NCBI GenBank assembly: GCA_964640085.1
Contig: CAZXFA010000006.1
Span: forward strand, 51,866-115,865
Length of the DNA: 64,000 nt
Direction of reading: 5' to 3'
Source: an uncultured Actinomycetes bacterium
GTDB taxonomy: Bacteria; Actinomycetota; UBA4738; HRBIN12
Positions 46,345 through 55,991 of this stretch are shown here, piece by piece. Under the pieces are notes generated by a model, which saw nothing but the letters and a program-made list of their open reading frames with translations, was not told where the DNA came from and did not search any database. A program made the position numbers and the translations under genes. Positions within the stretch are counted from its first letter, which is position 1; each line of letters opens with the position of its first letter.

Positions 46345-46698
46345 TCAGCTCTCCAGGTACTCGATCAGCTGCAGCCGGTTGCCGTCCGGGTCGACGAAGG
46401 AGGCGAAGCGCGCCCGCCCCTCGACCTCCCCGACGTGGGCGTGGAACCGGACCCCTCGCCCCTCCAGCGCCGCCCGCGCCAGATCCAGGTCGTCCACGCG
46501 GAGCACGACCGTGCCGCCCTCGGGGAGATCGCGCCGCTCCCCGGCTCCGTGCAGTCCGAGCCGGGTGTCGCCGGCCGCGAGCTCGGCCCATTCCTGACCG
46601 TCGCGGCGCAGCAGCGACAGGCCCACGGCGTCGCGGTAGAAGGCGACCGCTCGATCCAGGTCGGAGACCCAGAACCAGACGTGGTCCAGGGTCGTCAT
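46345..46698 (-). CDS. VOC (glyoxalase/bleomycin-resistance) family protein
   Basis: 117 aa with the glyoxalase fold. The start overlaps the upstream gene by 4 nt. Confidence 0.6.
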   Translation of the reverse strand: MTTLDHVWFWVSDLDRAVAFYRDAVGLSLLRRDGQEWAELAAGDTRLGLHGAGERRDLPEGGTVVLRVDDLDLARAALEGRGVRFHAHVGEVEGRARFASFVDPDGNRLQLIEYLES

Positions 46699-47864
46699 CC
46701 GCCCACCCCCTGATCATTCGCGAGGACCACGACGGCGGCCGAGTTCGAGGTGACGCCGCGCCAGGACTGGGCCACGGCCAGGTACGCCTCGTCCACCTGC
46801 CGTTCCCCCGCCTCGCCCCGGAGCTGCTCCACGCACTCGAGCGCCCGGGCGAGCCCCACGGCCTCGAACAGATCGCCCTGGCCGAGCGACCCCCCGGACG
46901 GGTTGACCGGCAGGTCACCGTCCGGGTCGAGCTCGCCGTCCTCGAGCATCCCGGCGAGATCGGTCGCCTCTCCCAACCCCAGCGCCTCCAGGTGCTGGAG
47001 CTCCTTGAACGCGTACGCGTCGTCCACCTCGACGAGGTCGATCTCCTCCCCCGGATCGGCGACCTCCGCCCGCCGGTACGCGTCGGCCGCTGCTCGCGTC
47101 ACCGCATCGGCCTCCCCCCACGCGCGGCTCTCCAACGACGGGCTCCCGGAGGACCATCCCGCGCCGAGGATCCACACCGGAGCCTCGGAGAGCTCGCGGA
47201 CGCGATCCTCGGCGGCGAGCACCATCACCACGCACCCGTCGGCCGGCCGGGCCACCTCGAGCTCCCGCAGGGGCCAGGACACGGGGGTCGAGTCGTCCAC
47301 GTCCTCGGTGGTGAGTCGGGCGGGGTACGCGGCGCGCGGATTGTCGAGCGCGTTGGTGCGGTTCTTCGCCGCGACCATCGCGCAGTGCTCCTCGGAGAGC
47401 CCGGTCCGTTCCAGGAAGGCGTTCATCTCGAGCCCGGCGAGGACGTACGTCGGAATGCCCAGCGGTCGGACGGAGATCGGATCGAGCGCGAAGGCCTCGA
47501 TCGACCCGAGCGAGCGGACGTCCGACACCTTGCTGTGCGCCTCGACGGCGACCACGGACGCGATCCCGGAGCGGATCAGCATCAGCCCGGTCGCCAGGCC
47601 GAACAGACCGTCGGCGGCCACCGTGTGCACCGGCCGCTGCACCGCGCCGAGCTGATCGGGCACGTACTCGTCGAAGATCGAGGTCCCCTCCGTGAAGTCC
47701 TCGGAGCAGCAGACGAACGAGTCCACATCGGAACGGGGATCCACGCCGGCGTCGTCGTACGCGCGCTGGGCCGCCTCGAACATCAGCTCCTTGTAGGAGA
47801 GGCCCGCGGTGATGGGAGCGAACCCCGCGTGCCCGACGCCGATGACCGCCACCCTGGGCTGCAC
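46695..47864 (-). CDS. SCP-x-type thiolase-like protein
   Basis: VAVIGVGHAGF... thiolase-like. GTG at 47864 is preferred; the upstream ORF extension to 49445 is an artefact. Confidence 0.7.
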   Translation of the reverse strand: MQPRVAVIGVGHAGFAPITAGLSYKELMFEAAQRAYDDAGVDPRSDVDSFVCCSEDFTEGTSIFDEYVPDQLGAVQRPVHTVAADGLFGLATGLMLIRSGIASVVAVEAHSKVSDVRSLGSIEAFALDPISVRPLGIPTYVLAGLEMNAFLERTGLSEEHCAMVAAKNRTNALDNPRAAYPARLTTEDVDDSTPVSWPLRELEVARPADGCVVMVLAAEDRVRELSEAPVWILGAGWSSGSPSLESRAWGEADAVTRAAADAYRRAEVADPGEEIDLVEVDDAYAFKELQHLEALGLGEATDLAGMLEDGELDPDGDLPVNPSGGSLGQGDLFEAVGLARALECVEQLRGEAGERQVDEAYLAVAQSWRGVTSNSAAVVVLANDQGVGG

Positions 47865-47927
47865 GCCGCGATTGTCCCACCCACGACCTCCGACGGGCGA
47901 CCCGACCCTTGCTACGCTCCGCCCACG

Positions 47928-48920
47928 ATGGCGACCACCCATGAGCACGACCTCTGGCGTCGACTGCGCTGGGTGGCGCTCACGCTGGTGGCGGCGCTCG
48001 CCTATGGGGTCGTCGGCTACATGCTCCTCGAGGGCTGGGGGTTCCTCGACGCGCTCTACATGACCGTGACGACCTTCACCACGGTCGGCTTCCGCGAGGT
48101 GCGAACGCTGGACGACGGTGGCCGCGTCTTCACCCTGACGGTCATCGCCGTCGGCGTCGGGACCGCCCTCGTCGCGATCGCGCTGACCGCCCAATGGATC
48201 CTGGAGGCGCACTGGGGCGAGAAGAGCAGGAGGGATCGGATGCGGCGTCGGATCGACGGACTGTCGGATCACTACATCGTCTGCGCGTACGGTCGGGTCG
48301 GCCGCTCCGCCGCCCGGGAGCTCGAGTCCGAGGGGGTCCCGTTCGTGGTGATCGACCCGAAGGAGGATCTGGAGGAGCGGATGCGGGAGGACGGGGTCGC
48401 CTACCTGATCGACGATCCCTCCGAGGAGTCGGTGCTCACGGCGGCCGGCGTGCATCGAGCTCGTGGGTTGGTCTGCGCGGTGGACTCCGACGCGACCAAC
48501 GTCTACATCACGCTCGTCGCGCGCTCGCTGACCCCGAGCCTGTTCATCGTCGCCCGGGCCTCCGAACCGGGGTCGGACCGACGGCTCCTGAAGGCCGGCG
48601 CCGATCGGGTCGTGTCCCCCTTCGTCAGCAGCGGCCGGCACATGGCGCTCGTCGCGCTCCGGCCCCGGGCCGCCGACGTCGTGGAGGTGGAGGAGGCGGG
48701 CAGCCGCTCCCTGCGGCTGGAGGAGGTCAGGGTGGACGCCGACTCCCCGCTGGTGGGCCGTCCACTCGCGGACGCGTTGGGGCCGGCCCCGGTCCTGGCG
48801 ATCCGCCACGCGGGCGGGCAGATCACCGCCAACCCCTCGTCCGACGTCGCGCTCCGGGCCGGCGACCTCGTACTCATGATCGGCGAGCAGGATCTGCCGC
48901 TCGTGCGGCGAGGTCGGTAG
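47928..48920 (+). CDS. RCK/TrkA-N-gated two-TM ion channel with non-canonical pore signature
   Basis: Two TM helices and a pore helix with TTVGFRE in place of TVGYGD, then Rossmann-like RCK IVCAYGRVGRS plus a TrkA-C-like domain. Confidence 0.65.
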   Translation: MATTHEHDLWRRLRWVALTLVAALAYGVVGYMLLEGWGFLDALYMTVTTFTTVGFREVRTLDDGGRVFTLTVIAVGVGTALVAIALTAQWILEAHWGEKSRRDRMRRRIDGLSDHYIVCAYGRVGRSAARELESEGVPFVVIDPKEDLEERMREDGVAYLIDDPSEESVLTAAGVHRARGLVCAVDSDATNVYITLVARSLTPSLFIVARASEPGSDRRLLKAGADRVVSPFVSSGRHMALVALRPRAADVVEVEEAGSRSLRLEEVRVDADSPLVGRPLADALGPAPVLAIRHAGGQITANPSSDVALRAGDLVLMIGEQDLPLVRRGR

Positions 48921-48928
48921 GGCGCGGG

Positions 48929-49558
48929 CTACCCGCCGAGGATCTTGCGCTTCTGCGTCTGGAACTCGTCCTCGGTGAGCACGCCTCGGTCCCTGAGCTC
49001 GGCCAGCCTGGTGAGCTCGGTGGTGATCGACGGCGCACCGGGGCCGGCGCCGCCCTGATACATCCGCGTCTTGTTCCGCTCGCCCTGCTGGTAGATCGTC
49101 CGCTGGACGTGCTCGGGGTTCCGGATGTTGGCGAACACGTTGCGCCCGTACTCGCTCGCGGACTGGATGATCAGATCCCCGGCACCCGCGATCCGCTCCA
49201 GGATCGACTGCTGGAACCGGACGTCGTTGATCGCCTCGAGCGGGATCTCCATCGTCCGCTTCGCGATGAACCCCTCCCGGTGGATCACGCGATCGCTCGT
49301 CACGGCGAAGTTCGCGGTGGCCCAGGCAACGAACGCTCGCACCGGGTACCACAGCAGGATCAGCGCTCCAACCGCGAGGCTGCCCCAGATCAGGGCGCTC
49401 CTCCCCACCCCATCGTCGGGCGCGTAGACGAGCGCGAGGATCCAACCGGCCACCACCGCGAGGGTCACGACGGCGGGCGCCACGAGGGCGATCCAGTGCG
49501 GGCGCAGATCGAGGACCAGCTCCTCGCCCTCGATCAGCAGACGCCTGGGGAACACCAT
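48929..49558 (-). CDS. Membrane protein with bacterial PH (bPH_2) domain and C-terminal SHOCT domain
   Basis: Two TM helices then a PH-like segment. C-terminal LTRLAELRDRGVLTEDEFQTQKRKIL is a SHOCT motif. The internal ATG at 49558 avoids overlap with birA. Confidence 0.5.
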   Translation of the reverse strand: MVFPRRLLIEGEELVLDLRPHWIALVAPAVVTLAVVAGWILALVYAPDDGVGRSALIWGSLAVGALILLWYPVRAFVAWATANFAVTSDRVIHREGFIAKRTMEIPLEAINDVRFQQSILERIAGAGDLIIQSASEYGRNVFANIRNPEHVQRTIYQQGERNKTRMYQGGAGPGAPSITTELTRLAELRDRGVLTEDEFQTQKRKILGG

Positions 49559-49568
49559 CGAGCGAAGC

Positions 49569-50321
49569 TTACTCCAGGCGCTCGACCTCCCCGAACCGGA
49601 CGGTCGTCGTCCCGGATCCCGCCGCGACGACGAGCGCGCCGGTCCCATCGACGTCCACCGCCTCGCCCTCCACGACCGCTCCCGTCGAGGTCCGCGCCCG
49701 CACCCGGGTCCCGATCGTGGCGCAGACCCCCCGGTAGGCGGCCATCACCGCCCGGGGGAACATCTCATCGGTCGGTCGGTAGCTCGCCACGAAGGCCCGC
49801 AGGAACCCGGCCAGTAGCGCCTCGTCGTCGGCCGGCAGGGCGCCGGCCTGCGGCAGGTCGGCTGGCGGCGACCACAGGTTCACCCCCACGCCGAGCACCA
49901 CGTGTTCGAACCGATCGCGGGACAACCGCGACTCGGCCAGGATCCCGCCCGCCTTGCGCCCCTCGACCAACAGGTCGTTCGGCCATCGGCAGGTGACGAG
50001 GCCGGCCCCGACTTCGGCGCACGCCCGGACCAGCGCCACCCCGGCCAGCAGCGTGAGCAGGCCGCCGAGGTCCGGCGCGAGATCGGGGCGGAGCACGAGG
50101 GAGAACATCAGCGCACGCCCGGGCTCGTCGTGCCAGACACGCCCGAGCCGTCCCCGACCGTGGGTCTGGTGGCCGGCAGCGACGAGCGTCCACTCCGGCG
50201 CGCCTCCCTCGGCCATCCGCCGCGCCGTCTCCTGCGTCGACGGGGTAACCTCGTCGAACCGAACGGGGGCCTGCACCCCCGCGCGTTCGAGCGCGCGGGA
50301 CAGTGCCTGATCATCGAGCAT
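49569..50321 (-). CDS. birA: Biotin--[acetyl-CoA-carboxylase] ligase (class I, no HTH domain)
   Basis: BPL catalytic GRGRLGR and NDLLVEGRK motifs. 250 aa, no N-terminal DNA-binding domain. Confidence 0.8.
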   Translation of the reverse strand: MLDDQALSRALERAGVQAPVRFDEVTPSTQETARRMAEGGAPEWTLVAAGHQTHGRGRLGRVWHDEPGRALMFSLVLRPDLAPDLGGLLTLLAGVALVRACAEVGAGLVTCRWPNDLLVEGRKAGGILAESRLSRDRFEHVVLGVGVNLWSPPADLPQAGALPADDEALLAGFLRAFVASYRPTDEMFPRAVMAAYRGVCATIGTRVRARTSTGAVVEGEAVDVDGTGALVVAAGSGTTTVRFGEVERLE

Positions 50322-50329
50322 CGCGAGGT

Positions 50330-50358
50330 TTGACTCCCTTAGGGACGTACCGGATTAT
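50330..50358 (+). promoter_or_regulatory. Putative sigma-70 promoter for accA (divergent from birA)
   Basis: TTGACT (50330-50335), 17 nt spacer, GATTAT (50353-50358). GTG start of accA is about 20 nt downstream. Confidence 0.4.
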
Positions 50359-50378
50359 CGGCTGCCGGAGCACGCGAC

Positions 50379-52109
50379 GTGGCGAAACCCAAGATCCTGA
50401 TCGCGAACCGCGGCGAGATCGCCGTGCGCATCATCCGGACCGTCCGCGAGCTCGGCTTCACGTCGGTCGCGGTCTACAGCGATGCGGATCGCGAGGCCCT
50501 CCACGTGGAGATGGCCGACCAGGCCCACCGGATCGGGCCGGCGCTGCCCGCGGACTCCTACCTCTCGATCGGCGCGATCCTCGATGCCGCCCGGAAGTCC
50601 AAGGCCACCATGGTCCATCCCGGATACGGGTTCCTCTCCGAGCGGGCCCACTTCGCCCAGGCGGTGCACGAGGCCGGGCTGACCTTCATCGGACCGGCCC
50701 CCCACGCGATCGACATGATGGGCGACAAGGCGGCCGCCCGGCGGGCCGCCGACAGGGTCGGCGTGCCGATCGTCCCCGGCACCCCTGAGCCGGTGTCGCT
50801 GGAGGAGGCGCCGCGGGAGGCCAAGCGGATCGGGTTCCCGGTGCTCGTGAAGGCGGCGTTCGGCGGCGGCGGCCGCGGGATGATCGTGGTCCGCAAGCCC
50901 GAGGAGCTGGAGGCCGCGCTGGCCCGCGCGGCCCGCGAGGCGCAGGCGTACTTCGGCAGACCGGAGGTGTTCCTCGAGAGGTACCTGGACCGCGCACACC
51001 ACGTCGAAGCTCAGGTGCTGGCCGACGTTCACGGCGACGTGTTCTTCCTGGGTGAACGCGACTGCTCGGTCCAGCGTCGCCACCAGAAGCTGATCGAGGA
51101 GACCCCATCGCCGGTGGTGGACGCCGACCTGCGCCAGCGGATCGGGGAAGCCGCCCTGGCGCTGGCGAAGGAAGCCGGCTACGTCAACGCGGGGACGGTG
51201 GAGTGCATCGTCGACGAGGACGGGTCGTTCTACTTCCTCGAGATGAACACCCGCCTGCAGGTTGAGCACACGGTCACCGAGATGGTGACCGGCCTGGACC
51301 TGGTCGCGCTCCAGATCCGCGTGGCCCTCGGGGAGCGCCTCGACCTCTCCGACGTGCGGGCGCACGGCCACGCGATCCAATGCCGCATCAACGCGGAGGA
51401 TCCGAGCCGGAACTTCCTCCCGGGGCCCGGGCGGATCGTCGCCTACCGGGAGCCGTCGGGGCCGTTCGTCCGCGTCGACTCAGCCGTCGAGGCCGGCCGC
51501 GAGGTGCCCCCCGACTACGACTCGATGTTCGCCAAGGTGATCGTCTCGGCTGAGACGAGGGATCGCGCGATACGGCGGATGGACCGCTCGCTCGCCGAGT
51601 TCGCGGTTGAGGGAGTCCCGACCACGATCCCACTCCACCGCTGGATCCTGGGCTCGCGGGCGTTCGGCAAGGCCACCCACAGCACGACGTGGCTCGAGAA
51701 GGCCCTGCGCGACGTCCAGCTCGAGCAGCCACCCGTCGACACGTCACAGGCCCCGGCGGAGGCGAAGGCGCCGGTGCCGGCCGAGCTCCTCCTGGAGGTC
51801 GACGGGCGCCGCGTGCCGGTCCGGATCTTCGACCACCGCCGCGACACCGCGCCGAGGCCCCCTTCGCCCCACACGGCCCATCACGGGGAGGCCGTCCACA
51901 GCGTGATCTCCGCGCCCATGCAGGGGATCATCCTGCGGGTCCTGGTGGAGCAGGGCCAGGAGATCCGGGCGGGTGACGTCGTCTGCGTCCTCGAGGCGAT
52001 GAAGATGGAGAACGCGATCCCCGCTCCGCGCGAGGGCGTGATCACCGAGCTGCCGATCCGAGCGGGACAGGTCGTGCAGGCCGGTCAGACCCTGGCCGTG
52101 ATCGACTGA
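50379..52109 (+). CDS. accA: Acetyl/propionyl-CoA carboxylase alpha subunit (biotin carboxylase + BCCP)
   Basis: Biotin carboxylase ATP-grasp motifs (Gly-rich loop GGGGRGM, ...EMNTRLQVEHTVTE), C-terminal biotinyl domain EAMKMEN. GTG start. Confidence 0.9.
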   Translation: MAKPKILIANRGEIAVRIIRTVRELGFTSVAVYSDADREALHVEMADQAHRIGPALPADSYLSIGAILDAARKSKATMVHPGYGFLSERAHFAQAVHEAGLTFIGPAPHAIDMMGDKAAARRAADRVGVPIVPGTPEPVSLEEAPREAKRIGFPVLVKAAFGGGGRGMIVVRKPEELEAALARAAREAQAYFGRPEVFLERYLDRAHHVEAQVLADVHGDVFFLGERDCSVQRRHQKLIEETPSPVVDADLRQRIGEAALALAKEAGYVNAGTVECIVDEDGSFYFLEMNTRLQVEHTVTEMVTGLDLVALQIRVALGERLDLSDVRAHGHAIQCRINAEDPSRNFLPGPGRIVAYREPSGPFVRVDSAVEAGREVPPDYDSMFAKVIVSAETRDRAIRRMDRSLAEFAVEGVPTTIPLHRWILGSRAFGKATHSTTWLEKALRDVQLEQPPVDTSQAPAEAKAPVPAELLLEVDGRRVPVRIFDHRRDTAPRPPSPHTAHHGEAVHSVISAPMQGIILRVLVEQGQEIRAGDVVCVLEAMKMENAIPAPREGVITELPIRAGQVVQAGQTLAVID

Positions 52110-52127
52110 CGCCGGCTCGAGCCGTCG

Positions 52128-52817
52128 CTACGCGCCGGGCCGACCCCAGGCGTCTCGCCCGGTAACCCGGAAGCCAGCGTCGTGGATCTTGTAGGCACGG
52201 TTCACCGAGATGAGCAGGGCGGTGAGGGTCTCGACGATCCGCGCCTGGGTGAGGTCGCCGGCGTCGACCCATCGGAGGTTCGGGATCGCGTCGATCAGCT
52301 CCCCGACGACCGCCTTGGCCTCCCGGTCGGTGCCGCACACGAAGACGTCGCTTTCCATCGGCCGCTCGAGGTCCTGGAGCTGCTCCCCGCTCACGGTGTG
52401 GAACGCGGCGACCATCCGCACGCCCGGATCCAGGATCGCCTTGGCCTGTTCGGCCGCCGAGCCGTGCCAGGGCCGCAGGACGTGCCAGGCCCGACCACCG
52501 ACCGCGGTCGCCAGCGGGCTCGTGCAGTCCACGACGATCTTGCCCGCCTCGACGTGGAGCCTGATCGCCCGGTAGATGTCCGCCTGTCCCCCGTACGGCA
52601 CCGTCACGAAGATCACCTCCCCCCGCTCGGAGGCCTGCTCGTTCGTCGTGCCGTCGACCGCCGCATCGACACCCGCGATCTCGCGGGCCTTGGCCGCCGA
52701 CGCGGCACCCTTCTCCTCCGAGCGCGAGCCGATGATCACGTGCTGGCCCGCCCGCGCGAGGCGAAGGGTGAGGCCGAAGCCCTCCTCCCCCGTACCGCCG
52801 ATCACCGAGATGTCCAT
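52128..52817 (-). CDS. npdG: NADPH-dependent F420 reductase
   Basis: MDISVIGGTGEEGFGLTLRLARAGQHV Rossmann motif. ATG at 52817. The ORF extension to 52970 is an artefact. Confidence 0.7.
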   Translation of the reverse strand: MDISVIGGTGEEGFGLTLRLARAGQHVIIGSRSEEKGAASAAKAREIAGVDAAVDGTTNEQASERGEVIFVTVPYGGQADIYRAIRLHVEAGKIVVDCTSPLATAVGGRAWHVLRPWHGSAAEQAKAILDPGVRMVAAFHTVSGEQLQDLERPMESDVFVCGTDREAKAVVGELIDAIPNLRWVDAGDLTQARIVETLTALLISVNRAYKIHDAGFRVTGRDAWGRPGA

Positions 52818-52899
52818 GCGGCGAAGCGTATCCGAGACGGGGGGCGGCGCCGGGCCCGAAGGGCCCGGCGCCGCCGGGTCGACCGGTGGTCCGTGGGGG

Positions 52900-53571
52900 C
52901 TACCGCCGGACGCCGATCTCCCACGACTGGACCATGAAGCCGAAGCCGCTGGTCGCGTCGCCCCACGCATAGACCGCGTAGGCCATCCCCTTCCGGAGCT
53001 GGAGCACCGACGGCCCGATGACCGGGGTGTAATCCCCGGGAGCGGCGACCCAGGCCGCGTAGATCCCCCTGGGAACCACGAGGGTGGCCTGCTGGCCGTT
53101 GGCGAAGCCCTCCAGCAGTCGGGCGCCGTTCGCGAACACGTCCACCTCTCCGGCGGCCGCCGTGTGGCGGACCGTCACACGGGACGCACCTTTGGCCACG
53201 GGCCGGGTCCTGTTCCGGAACGCCGACAGGGTCGGGTCGCCGGCGGCATCCAGATGCGCCACCCACGAGACGTTGGAGCCCGCGACGAGCGGGATCGTCG
53301 CCGACAGGGTCGGGGCCGAGCTGGACGCGGCACCCGCGACCCGCAGGTCGACGACGTAGTCGCCGGCCGGCAGCTCGATCGGGTCGGTCATCGTGCCGGG
53401 CGCGAACCCCGGCAGGGCCAGCCCGTCGTTCAGGTACACGTCGACCGTGAGACCGGGCACGGCATGTACGACCGTCACCGTGCCGTCGCCCGTGGCCGGG
53501 CTCGCGGAAGCGGGGCCGGCGACCGCCAGGGCGGCAACCGCGGCGAGTGCCGCGGTGAGCAGCTTGCGCAT
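52900..53571 (-). CDS. Secreted DUF4397-domain protein
   Basis: Signal peptide MRKLLTAALAAVAALAVAGPASA. Strong RBS GAAGGAGGAACCG before the ATG at 53571. Confidence 0.55.
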   Translation of the reverse strand: MRKLLTAALAAVAALAVAGPASASPATGDGTVTVVHAVPGLTVDVYLNDGLALPGFAPGTMTDPIELPAGDYVVDLRVAGAASSSAPTLSATIPLVAGSNVSWVAHLDAAGDPTLSAFRNRTRPVAKGASRVTVRHTAAAGEVDVFANGARLLEGFANGQQATLVVPRGIYAAWVAAPGDYTPVIGPSVLQLRKGMAYAVYAWGDATSGFGFMVQSWEIGVRR

Positions 53572-53701
53572 CGGTTCCTCCTTCTCGTCCAGGCGGGCCG
53601 TTCCCGCCGTCGGAGCGCACGGTAGGCGAGTCGGTGCAATGCTGACGAGCTTCAGCGGGTATATGCATGGTTTCGTGCCTGGTGCAGAACGGGAGTGAGG
53701 C

Positions 53702-55279
53702 CTACCGTGGACGGTACTCGCCGAAGACCCGTCGCAACGCGTCCGAGACCTCGCCGACCGTCGCGCGGGCGCGGAGCGCCTCCCGCATCGCCGAGAGCAG
53801 GTTGTCGGAGCCGCGGGCCACGCGGTCGATCTCCGCGAGCCGACGCTCCACCTCGTCCCCGTCGCGCGCCGCGCGCAGGGCTCGCACCCGCTCCACCTGT
53901 CGCGCCACCTGCTCCTCGGAGATCCGCTGGATCTCAACGGGACGCTCCTCGGGAGCCTCGAACCGGTTCACGCCGACGACGATGCGCTCACCGGACTCGA
54001 CGCCCTTCTGGATCCGGAAGGCCGCCTCGTGGATCTCGTCCTGGTAGAAGCCGGCCTCGATCGCGGCAACCGCGCCGCCCAACCGGTCGATCCGCTCCAC
54101 GTACGCCGTCGCCTCCTCTTCGATCCGATCCGTCAGGGCCTCCACGAAGTACGACCCGCCGAGCGGATCGACGGTCCCGGTGATGCCGGTCTCGAACGCG
54201 ATGACCTGTTGCGTGCGGAGGGCGATCTTCGCCGCTCGCTCGGTGGGCAGCGCGAGGGCCTCGTCGAAGGAGTTGGTGTGCAGCGACTGCGTCCCGCCGA
54301 GCACCGCGGCCAGCGCCTCGAGCGCCGTCCGCACGATGTTGTTCTGGGGCTGCTGCGCGGTGAGCGTGGCGCCCCCCGTCTGCGTGTGGAACCGCAGCAT
54401 GAGGCTCCTCGGGTCCCCCGCCCCGAACCGCTCGGCCATGATCCTCGCCCACATCCGCCGGGCGGCTCGGAACTTCGCGACCTCCTCGAAGAAGTGCAGG
54501 TGACAGGCGAAGAAGAACGACAGCCGGGGTGCGAACGCGTCCACGGCGAGCCCGGCGTCGAGCGCGGCCTGCACGTAGGCGATCCCGTTCGCCAGCGTGA
54601 ACGCGGCCTCCTGGACCGCGGTCGCTCCGGCCTCCCGCATGTGGTACCCGCTGATCGAGATCGTGTTCCACCGGGGGATCCGCTCCCCGCAGTAGGCGAA
54701 CAGGTCCGTGATCAGCCGCATCGACGGCCCGGGCGGGTAGATGTACGTGCCCCGGGCGGCGTACTCCTTGAGCAGGTCGTTCTGGACGGTCCCCGACAGG
54801 CCGGCGGGATCCACGCCCTGGTCCTCGGCGACCAGCTCGTACAGGAGCAGGATGACCGGCGCCGTCGCGTTGATCGTCATCGAGGTCGAGACGCGATCGA
54901 GCGGGATCCCATCGAACAGCCGCGCCATGTCCTCCACCGAGTCGATCGCGACGCCGGTCTTGCCGACCTCGCCCTCGGAGCGCGGGTGGTCCGAATCCAG
55001 CCCCATCTGCGTGGGGAGGTCGAAGGCAACAGACAGGCCCGTCTGTCCATGCTCCAGCAGGTACCGGAAGCGGCGGTTGGTCTCCTCGGCCGTGCCCATC
55101 CCCGCGTACTGGCGCATCGTCCACGGACGTCCCCGGTACATCGTGGGGTACACGCCGCGCGTGAACGGCGGCTCGCCCGGCCGGCCGAGGCTGCGCTCGG
55201 GATCCGAACCCGCCCGGTCGTCCGGACCATAGACCGGCCGGAGCTCGATGCCCGAGTCCGTGGCGCGGCGCTCCTCCAT
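53702..55279 (-). CDS. Methylmalonyl-CoA mutase family, catalytic (large N-terminal) subunit without B12-binding domain
   Basis: 525 aa covering the MM_CoA_mutase TIM-barrel substrate-binding domain ([11 protein letters not shown]...). Confidence 0.85.
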   Translation of the reverse strand: MEERRATDSGIELRPVYGPDDRAGSDPERSLGRPGEPPFTRGVYPTMYRGRPWTMRQYAGMGTAEETNRRFRYLLEHGQTGLSVAFDLPTQMGLDSDHPRSEGEVGKTGVAIDSVEDMARLFDGIPLDRVSTSMTINATAPVILLLYELVAEDQGVDPAGLSGTVQNDLLKEYAARGTYIYPPGPSMRLITDLFAYCGERIPRWNTISISGYHMREAGATAVQEAAFTLANGIAYVQAALDAGLAVDAFAPRLSFFFACHLHFFEEVAKFRAARRMWARIMAERFGAGDPRSLMLRFHTQTGGATLTAQQPQNNIVRTALEALAAVLGGTQSLHTNSFDEALALPTERAAKIALRTQQVIAFETGITGTVDPLGGSYFVEALTDRIEEEATAYVERIDRLGGAVAAIEAGFYQDEIHEAAFRIQKGVESGERIVVGVNRFEAPEERPVEIQRISEEQVARQVERVRALRAARDGDEVERRLAEIDRVARGSDNLLSAMREALRARATVGEVSDALRRVFGEYRPR

Positions 55280-55352
55280 GCGCTCAGCGTAGACCGGGAT
55301 CTGCCCCGGCGGACGCGAGACACGCTCGGGTCACGTCCCATATGGTGCGTCC

Positions 55353-55985
55353 GTGGACATCGTCGACCCGAGGATCGAGGACTACCTTCGGGCCAGGCTC
55401 GCCCGCTACGACGAGCCGGTCCTGCTCGAGATGGAGGCCGAGGGCCGCGAACGCGGGTTCCCGATCGTTGGCCGGCCGGTGGGCGTGACCCTGGAGCTGC
55501 TGGCTCGTTCGGTGGGCGCCCGGCGGGTGTTCGAGCTGGGGTCGGGGTTCGGCTACTCGGCGTACTGGTTCGCGCGGGCCGTGGGACCCGAGGGCGAGGT
55601 GCACTGCACGGACGGCGACCCCGCGAACGAGGACAAGGCGCGGGAGCGCCTGACGCGCGCGGGGCTGTGGGACCCGATCCGGTGGCACGCGGGGGATGCG
55701 CTGGCATCGTTCGCGCAGGTCTCGGGCCGATTCGACATCGTCTTCGTGGACATCGACAAGCACGAGTACCCCGACGCGTGGCAGGCTGCGAGGGATCGCA
55801 TCCGGCCCGGCGGCCTCTACGTGGCGGACAACACCCTCAGCGCGGGCGGCACGACCGTGCTGGACGAAGGCCGGAACCCGCAAGCGGTCCGTGAGCACAA
55901 CCGGCTGATCGCAGGAGACGACCGTTACGTGAGCACGCTCATGCCGATGCGCAGCGGGGTGCTGGCCGCGCTCAGGATCGCCTGA
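55353..55985 (+). CDS. Class I SAM-dependent O-methyltransferase (family 3, caffeoyl-CoA OMT-like)
   Basis: VFELGSGFGYSAYWFA SAM motif, DIVFVDIDKHEY. GTG start. Confidence 0.75.
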   Translation: MDIVDPRIEDYLRARLARYDEPVLLEMEAEGRERGFPIVGRPVGVTLELLARSVGARRVFELGSGFGYSAYWFARAVGPEGEVHCTDGDPANEDKARERLTRAGLWDPIRWHAGDALASFAQVSGRFDIVFVDIDKHEYPDAWQAARDRIRPGGLYVADNTLSAGGTTVLDEGRNPQAVREHNRLIAGDDRYVSTLMPMRSGVLAALRIA

Positions 55986-55991
55986 GGACCG

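Noticed and set aside
39647-48920. Plus-strand ORFs of 1011, 1381 and 1475 aa spanning the cyclase and thiolase region
   Set aside because: Same artefact. Only the last 330 codons of the 44493..48920 frame (47928..48920) are genuine, encoding the RCK channel.
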